From positions 60,818-124,817 of the forward strand of contig DPDG01000114.1 of NCBI GenBank assembly GCA_003526375.1: a stretch of DNA of 64,000 bases. Reading direction: 5' to 3'. The number at the start of each line of letters is the position of its first letter. Position 1 is the stretch's first letter. The position numbers and the translations under genes were made by a program. This document shows positions 59,307-64,000 of this stretch, in pieces. This stretch comes from Lentisphaeria bacterium (lineage in GTDB: Bacteria > Verrucomicrobiota > Lentisphaeria > Victivallales > UBA1829). The notes below the pieces were generated by a model. It saw only the letters and a program-made list of their open reading frames with translations. It was not told where the DNA came from and ran no database searches.

Positions 59307-60434
59307 ATGAAAAAAACAAAAGTCGGTATTATCGGATGCGGAATGATTTCCGATACCTATTTCAAGGCGTCTCAAACTTTCAATATGATAGAGGTTGTCG
59401 CATGTTCCGACATCATCCCGGAGCGCTCCGCCGCAAAAAAGGAGCTTTACGGTGTCCAGAACATGACCAACGAAGAACTCCTGGCGATTCCGGAAATTGA
59501 GATTGTCCTGAATCTTACGCCTCCGCAGGTTCACTCCGGAATTGCGATGGATACACTGAACGCGGGCAAACACGCCTATTCGGAAAAACCTTTCGGAGTC
59601 GATTTTGACGATGCCGCAAAGGTAATGGCTCTGGCGAAGGAAAAGGGGCTCCGTGTGGGATGCGCTCCCGATACTTTCCTCGGCGGCGGACAGCAGACCG
59701 CACGCAAACTCATTGATGACGGGTGGATCGGCAAACCGCTTTCCGGCACTGCGATCGTCATGGGGCGCGGACCTGAAAAATGGGGACAGGCGCCGTTCTT
59801 CTATGACTACGGTGCGGGGCCGATGCTTGACCTCGGACCGTACTATATGACGGCTCTCGTCAATATGCTCGGCCCGGCGAAGAGTGTCATTGCCGTCACG
59901 ACCAAAGGTTTCGATTACCGCACTTTCGGCGCGGAAGTCGGTGAGACCTATAAGGACAAATACAAACCGTTTGATAAATATCCCGTGAATGTGACGACGC
60001 ACCTGACGGGTGTTGTCGAGTTCCAGTGCGGTGCGGTGATCACGGTGATCACCAGCTTCGACTGTTACAGGCACGGACACAGCCCGATTGAGATCTATGG
60101 AACCGAGGGATCGCTTCAGGTTCCCGATCCGAATACATTCGGCGGTCCGGTGAAAGTGTTCCGGAAAGGCGATACGGAGTCGGATTGGAAGAATGTCCCG
60201 CTGACCCATATCTACACGGAAAACAGCCGCAGCATCGGAGCCGCCGATATGGCAATGGCTCTCCGCAGCGGACGTAAACACCGTGTCAACGGCGAACTTG
60301 CAAACCATGTTCTTGAGATCATGCTTTCTTTCGACAAGTCCAGCAAACTGGGCAGGAAAGTAGAACTCGTGACAACTTGTGAACGTCCGGAGCCGCTGCC
60401 TCTCGGACTTGACAAGGGCGAACTTCCTGAATAA
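59307..60434 (+). CDS. Gfo/Idh/MocA-family NAD(P)-dependent oxidoreductase
   Basis: KVGIIGCGMISDTYF Rossmann motif and the EKPF motif. Start set at ATG 59307. Confidence 0.85.
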   Translation: MKKTKVGIIGCGMISDTYFKASQTFNMIEVVACSDIIPERSAAKKELYGVQNMTNEELLAIPEIEIVLNLTPPQVHSGIAMDTLNAGKHAYSEKPFGVDFDDAAKVMALAKEKGLRVGCAPDTFLGGGQQTARKLIDDGWIGKPLSGTAIVMGRGPEKWGQAPFFYDYGAGPMLDLGPYYMTALVNMLGPAKSVIAVTTKGFDYRTFGAEVGETYKDKYKPFDKYPVNVTTHLTGVVEFQCGAVITVITSFDCYRHGHSPIEIYGTEGSLQVPDPNTFGGPVKVFRKGDTESDWKNVPLTHIYTENSRSIGAADMAMALRSGRKHRVNGELANHVLEIMLSFDKSSKLGRKVELVTTCERPEPLPLGLDKGELPE

Positions 60435-60453
60435 ACTTCAGCAAGTGCGAAAA

Positions 60454-60502
60454 CAAAGGAAAGAACTCCTGAAGAGGCAGTTCTTTCCTTTGCCGTTTTT
60501 AT
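60454..60502 (+). terminator. Rho-independent terminator
   Basis: 14-bp stem CAAAGGAAAGAACT / AGTTCTTTCCTTTG with an 11-nt loop, then CCGTTTTTA. Confidence 0.7.
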
Positions 60503-60550
60503 TTTCCTGTTTTGCCGTGCAACAAAATTCATTCTTTTTCATAAGCGCTA

Positions 60551-60579
60551 TTGAATAAATGGGCTTATGGTATTATAAT
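60551..60579 (+). promoter_or_regulatory. Candidate tRNA promoter
   Basis: TTGAAT, a 17-nt spacer, then TATAAT ending 18 nt before tRNA position 1. Confidence 0.45.
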
Positions 60580-60596
60580 ACCAAGTTCCAAGAGAA

Positions 60597-60673
60597 GCAC
60601 CCGTAGCTCAGTTGGATAGAGCGTCTGCCTCCGGAGTAGAAGGTCGTGAGTTCAAGTCTCGCCGGGTGCACCA
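60597..60673 (+). tRNA. tRNA-Arg (anticodon CCG), CCA encoded
   Basis: Hand-folded cloverleaf: acceptor GCACCCG/CGGGTGC, D arm GCTC-AGTTGGATA-GAGC, anticodon arm TCTGC-CTCCGGA-GTAGA (anticodon CCG), T arm GTGAG-TTCAAGT-CTCGC, discriminator A, CCA. Confidence 0.93.
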
Positions 60674-60910
60674 TCTTATTTTATTTCTAAGTGCTTATCT
60701 ACAAGCTATTTATAAAGCTTAATAACTTATCGTTTGCCTTTCATTGTTTTTCGATTGTTTTCCATTCTTTTCGAGTGTCAAAATACCGTGAAGGTCTACC
60801 GAACGTCCACCACTTTTTTGAATCTACCCCTCAAGTTACTTTTTTCAAGTATTTTCTTCAGGAATGATCTAATCGCATGTCTCTATCCCTGTAGTTTGGC
60901 AGGAAATGGG

Positions 60911-60997
60911 CTCCTCGGACGCATCACGGACGTTTCTCGGACGCTCCCCGGACGGATAGAAAGCTTGCAATTTGAGGCTCCTCGGACGTTTCGGACG
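60911..60997 (+). repeat. CGGACG direct-repeat array (4 copies at exactly 11-bp spacing plus a CGGACGTTTCGGACG dyad)
   Basis: CGGAC starts at 60916, 60927, 60938, 60949, 60983 and 60992. Both blocks open with CTCCTCGGACG. Confidence 0.9.
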
Positions 60998-61100
60998 CTT
61001 TGTCGCAATTTTTTATATATGCGCAACCTACGCGCACTCGCGCGAGGCTGTGCCCAAAGGAAGGAGATCATACTACCCCCTGCTGTATTCATAAGTCACC

Positions 61101-61147
61101 CCGAACTTTCCGAACTTTTCCGAACTTGTTCCGAACTTCCTCCGAAC
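61101..61147 (+). repeat. CCGAAC(T/A)T direct-repeat array, 5 copies at 9-11-bp spacing
   Basis: CCGAAC starts at 61101, 61110, 61120, 61131 and 61142. Confidence 0.9.
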
Positions 61148-61412
61148 ATGATTAGCCTCAAAAATGGCAAAGTTAGGAGGAAAAGGCTGAAAAAGATGTG
61201 CAGACAAGCTATTCTTATCATTTAAACAGTAACATTACACGGAGGATACCATGAGAGTTGATGCTTTTCTGAATGCATTCGATGCCATTGCCGCGAGTGT
61301 TGGACTTGCGTAGACTCCCCCAGAAGACAGCCCGTTTGCACAGTAAAGGTAGGAAGGCGCTGACTGTCGCGGATATCAGCCATGGCTCCATTTGTCTTAT
61401 CCATGGATTCTT

Positions 61413-61482
61413 GGGACGGTAGTGGGACGGATTTAGGACTGGTAAATAGCAGAGAAATGGGCGTATGGGACGGATGGGACGG
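61413..61482 (+). repeat. GGGACGG direct-repeat array
   Basis: GGGACGG at 61413, 61424, 61467 and 61476, with a degenerate AGGACTGG at 61435. Spacings are 11, 11 and 9 bp. Confidence 0.85.
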
Positions 61483-61542
61483 ATATTTTTGATTTCTTGG
61501 TTTGCATGCGCCTGCGCGCGTGTAAGCGCGCATAAGCTAAGC

Positions 61543-61682
61543 TCGGACATTTCGGACACATATTTTCAAGTCCTTATAAGGGCAGATAGAGACGTTTATT
61601 TTTCTCCGGACATTTCGGACCGTTTTTCAGAACTCTTATATAGACACCTTTTTGCGATTCTATCTCTCCGGACATTTCGGAC
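61543..61682 (+). repeat. Degenerate ~62-64-bp tandem units each carrying CGGACATTTCGGAC
   Basis: Exact 14-mer at 61543, 61607 and 61669. The inter-copy sequences are related (TTTTCA..CTTATA). Confidence 0.9.
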
Positions 61683-61746
61683 ATATATTTACTTACGCGT
61701 GTGGAAAAAAGTATATATTGGACAATGGCAGGGGACATATGTATTT

Positions 61747-61857
61747 TTTTTTGTTCCTGATAAGGAGTTTGAAAAAAGTGTCCGTTTTGTCCATGAGTCC
61801 CCTATTAGCCCTTTTTTGTTCCTAATAAGGAGTTTGAAAAAAGTGTCCGTTTTGTCC
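61747..61857 (+). repeat. Two 46-bp direct repeats (65-bp period) carrying the dyad in inverted orientation
   Basis: TTTTTTGTTCCT(G/A)ATAAGGAGTTTGAAAAAAGTGTCCGTTTTGTCC at 61747-61792 and 61812-61857, with one mismatch. GTCCGTTTTGTCC is the reverse complement of GGACAAAACGGAC. Confidence 0.9.
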
Positions 61858-61901
61858 GTGAACCTCCTGTCATACACCACCGTATCAACTCACTGCATGG
61901 T

Positions 61902-61944
61902 AAAAAAAAGACGGAGGGAAGGCTTGTACTCCTTCGACCTCCGT
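61902..61944 (-). terminator. Rho-independent terminator of the minus-strand DUF932 operon
   Basis: On the minus strand: ACGGAGG-TC-GAAGG-AGTACAAG-CCTTC-CCTCCGT followed by CTTTTTTTT. Confidence 0.75.
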
Positions 61945-62083
61945 AATGCTTTGGACATCCTCATGGCGCATCACTTCATGGGGCGGGTCTTCCGGACAGG
62001 AGGGCACAACAGGAGGCCTCCCACCGGAATCTCTTCACGCAGGGAAGAGTCAGCGGGACCTTATGATTGTTTCGCAAATGATA

Positions 62084-62806
62084 TCAGCTCCAGAGCTCCG
62101 GTCGGTTGCCGTCCAAACCGAAGCAGCGGTTCAGAGCGGCGTAGGAGACGTCCACCCGTTGCGGGGTGTATTTCCTGACCGTCTCCGTGAACGCATTCAA
62201 CAGGCTCCATCGGGTCGGCTCGGCGAACTCCTCGTGCGAGGGATTCTTGAATTCCTTGTACACCGGTACAATATCCGAGCTGTTGATTGCACCGAGTTCT
62301 GCGGCTCTGACGATTCGGCTTCTGGCTTCGTCGTCGTTGTCCAGATACGCCACTTTCAAGTCCTCGCAGACATTCTCCAATATCAGGAACTCGTTTTCGA
62401 GCTCATCGACGGCACGGTTCACCAGATCGCACAGCTCAATCCGCGAGGTGTGGCGACGCTTCAGAACCATGCTCCCGCCGAACGCCATGTTACTGCACAC
62501 CATCACACTGATTCCGGCTGTCAGCCCCACGGAAAAGCTCTTGTCGTGGCTGTTTCTGAGCCCGATACAGCGACACCATTCCAGCGAGGAACTCCTGTTG
62601 ATCTTCATCACGCCGAACAGCTTCGCACCCTCACGTGCCAAGCCGAACTGCTCCTCCAGAATCACCCACTGATGCGCCTGCACCACCTCCGTTACCGCCT
62701 CAATGACCTCATAATGCGGAACCGGTTTCCAGCTCGAAGTCGCCTCCGGCGTCGGAACCAGCGCGATTTCTTCCGTGTGGCGTAGTGACCACCGCCGCCC
62801 ATGCAA
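62084..62806 (-). CDS. DUF932-domain protein (phage/plasmid/ICE-associated)
   Basis: IGLRNSHDKSFSVGLTAGISVMVCSNMAFGG...KRRHT is the DUF932 core as I remember it. Confidence 0.65.
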   Translation of the reverse strand: MHGRRWSLRHTEEIALVPTPEATSSWKPVPHYEVIEAVTEVVQAHQWVILEEQFGLAREGAKLFGVMKINRSSSLEWCRCIGLRNSHDKSFSVGLTAGISVMVCSNMAFGGSMVLKRRHTSRIELCDLVNRAVDELENEFLILENVCEDLKVAYLDNDDEARSRIVRAAELGAINSSDIVPVYKEFKNPSHEEFAEPTRWSLLNAFTETVRKYTPQRVDVSYAALNRCFGLDGNRPELWS

Positions 62807-62821
62807 AGATGACTCATCGTC

Positions 62822-63607
62822 TCACCCCTTCCTCACGTGCCACAAACGGCACTTGTTTTTGTAAGGACAATCCGCGCAGGAAAAACCTGTCTCATTCGGA
62901 TAGAACACCTCCCTCTGCACCGCCGATTCGATTGTCTGCGCCAGCAATTCAAAACGCAGGAAATCCGCCTCATTGCGCTCGGTATAGTGCGACTCCACGC
63001 ATGGCGTTCTGGTCTTCGTCACGATATCGAACCGGAACAGCGGACTCCTGCCGGTCAGTTTTGTACGGGCGTAACAAAAAGCGGTCGCCTGCAAGTCCTG
63101 ATGCGCCTTGCCCGCAGACCACTTCGCGCCTGCCGTTTTCCAATCGACGATATACTCATGACCGCCGTCCTCCACGATCAGATCATACTCCCCGATCAGC
63201 GGCTTCGACAGCCCCGGAATCTCCACGGAAAACCCTTCCTCTACGCTCCTGACCGCAAAGTCATCCTGCCAGTTTTCGAGGCAGACAGTGAGCATGGCAA
63301 ATCCCGTTTGCAGCAGAGACCCGTAATCTTCTTTCGGCTTGTAGACGAGGTGTTCCACGGCATTGGTTTCCGCCTTGAAATACGCCTCGAACAGCTCTTT
63401 TGCATCTGCGATTTTCAGCTGCGGACCGCTCCTTGCACGCTGACTCAACGCCGCATGGAAGGCACGCCCGAACGGGAAGCAGCTGCACGTGTGTTCCGGC
63501 TTTGCATGTTCGAGATACTGGAACTTGAATTTCAGCGGGCATGTCAGGTAGCAGTGGAACGCCGAATACGACCAGTGCGGTTCCTTGCGCAACTCATTCA
63601 GGTTCAT
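62822..63607 (-). CDS. PD-(D/E)XK nuclease, Cas4/RecB-like with Fe-S cysteines
   Basis: N-terminal Cys (YLTCPLKFKF), nuclease core IGEYDLIVEDGGHEYIVDWKT, and C-terminal CADCPYKNKC (CX2CX5C). Confidence 0.8.
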   Translation of the reverse strand: MNLNELRKEPHWSYSAFHCYLTCPLKFKFQYLEHAKPEHTCSCFPFGRAFHAALSQRARSGPQLKIADAKELFEAYFKAETNAVEHLVYKPKEDYGSLLQTGFAMLTVCLENWQDDFAVRSVEEGFSVEIPGLSKPLIGEYDLIVEDGGHEYIVDWKTAGAKWSAGKAHQDLQATAFCYARTKLTGRSPLFRFDIVTKTRTPCVESHYTERNEADFLRFELLAQTIESAVQREVFYPNETGFSCADCPYKNKCRLWHVRKG

Positions 63608-63608
63608 T

Positions 63609-64000
63609 TCACGCCGCCTTTCCGTTGAACTCGTTGATCGCCAGACTGCACTGATTGCGCGACAGCTCCTCTACGGAATTCACCCGGAACCTTGCCGCGA
63701 TCTGCTGAGGCGTGACACGGGCGTCCCTTGCGAGGTCGAGCAGATACTTGATCTGTTTCGGAGACGCGGGACCATCAACATTCTGACTGCCTTTCCCCTT
63801 GCCGTAACTGCCCTTTCCACCGGAATAACTCTGTGACGATTGTGGTATTTGCTGTACAGCCGTACAATTACCGCTATGCAGCTCCGTTTCGACACTGTTT
63901 CGCACAAGATCAAAGGTCTCATGGATGCGGCTCTGAAGCTGTTCCGCCGTCAGACCGTCCGGGATTTCCACCTCAATGGAGGCGTGGTAGCTCTGGCTGG
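63609..64000 (-). CDS. Hypothetical protein, probably 5'-truncated by the right window edge
   Basis: The frame stays open upstream of the GTG at 63971 to the window end. Gly/Lys-rich linker (GGKGSYGKGKGS), then PKQIKYLLDLARDARVTPQQIAARF. The stop abuts the nuclease start. Confidence 0.5.
   Translation of the reverse strand, partial: SQSYHASIEVEIPDGLTAEQLQSRIHETFDLVRNSVETELHSGNCTAVQQIPQSSQSYSGGKGSYGKGKGSQNVDGPASPKQIKYLLDLARDARVTPQQIAARFRVNSVEELSRNQCSLAINEFNGKAA

Noticed and set aside
60900-61700. Idea that the GGA-containing repeats encode a CsrB/RsmZ-like protein-sponge RNA
   Set aside because: The motifs are CGGAC, GGGACGG and CCGAAC rather than A(N)GGA in hairpin loops. I could not fold them into recurrent stem-loops, and no promoter or terminator brackets a suitable transcript on the + strand. 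I keep this only as a remote alternative, testable by RNA-seq.
61543-61857. Repeat-spacer-like layout that superficially resembles a small CRISPR array
   Set aside because: The repeats are only 14-18 bp and number 3 plus 2. The 'spacers' are related to each other, so this is a degenerate tandem repeat. Orientation flips within the array, and no cas genes lie in the window.
60734-62178. Track ORFs 60734..61225 (+), 61218..61559 (-), 61465..62178 (+) and 61689..61880 (-) in the repeat field
   Set aside because: They translate the DNA repeats into peptide repeats (for example IRPIRPIRP). They lack an SD and any domain signal, overlap one another, and cross a terminator.

Overview
This is a 64-kb chromosomal window of moderate GC content with about 60 protein-coding genes, one tRNA and one IS element. 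Two prepilin-type proteins carrying the C-terminal H-X9-DG motif (DUF1559-like) sit beside secreted glycan-active enzymes. That suggests a PVC-superphylum host (Lentisphaerota, Kiritimatiellota or Verrucomicrobiota style), which is an inference only. Housekeeping content: ftsK (5' part, open at the left edge), argS, pyk, eno, manA-like PMI, arfB, the rpmH-rnpA-yidD-yidC-jag cluster, and rpsP-KH-trmD-rplS-rnhB. Accessory content: (1) a LacI-type regulator, DUF1559 pseudopilin and beta-helix enzyme module interrupted by an IS110-family element; (2) an intact GntR/LacI-hybrid regulator, DUF1559, GH123-like, discoidin-like and GH123-like module next to GH20 and a NagA-like gene, forming a hexosamine-glycan locus; (3) a GlpA-like, FAD oxidoreductase and DUF1667 trio; (4) a zinc-ribbon/DUF4190, zinc-ribbon/CD225 and DUF2752 membrane triad; (5) two tandem exported proteins built of GxQxGxxN repeats. 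The most unusual region follows tRNA-Arg(CCG) at 60597-60673. About 1.2 kb has no credible ORF but holds at least five arrays of helically phased short direct repeats sharing a GGAC/GAAC core. A minus-strand operon of mobile-element type (DUF932, Cas4-like PD-(D/E)XK nuclease) follows and runs off the right edge. I read this as the edge of an integrated element whose iteron/centromere/arm-site-like field is the best candidate for something undescribed. All family assignments come from motif recognition by eye; no database search was run.
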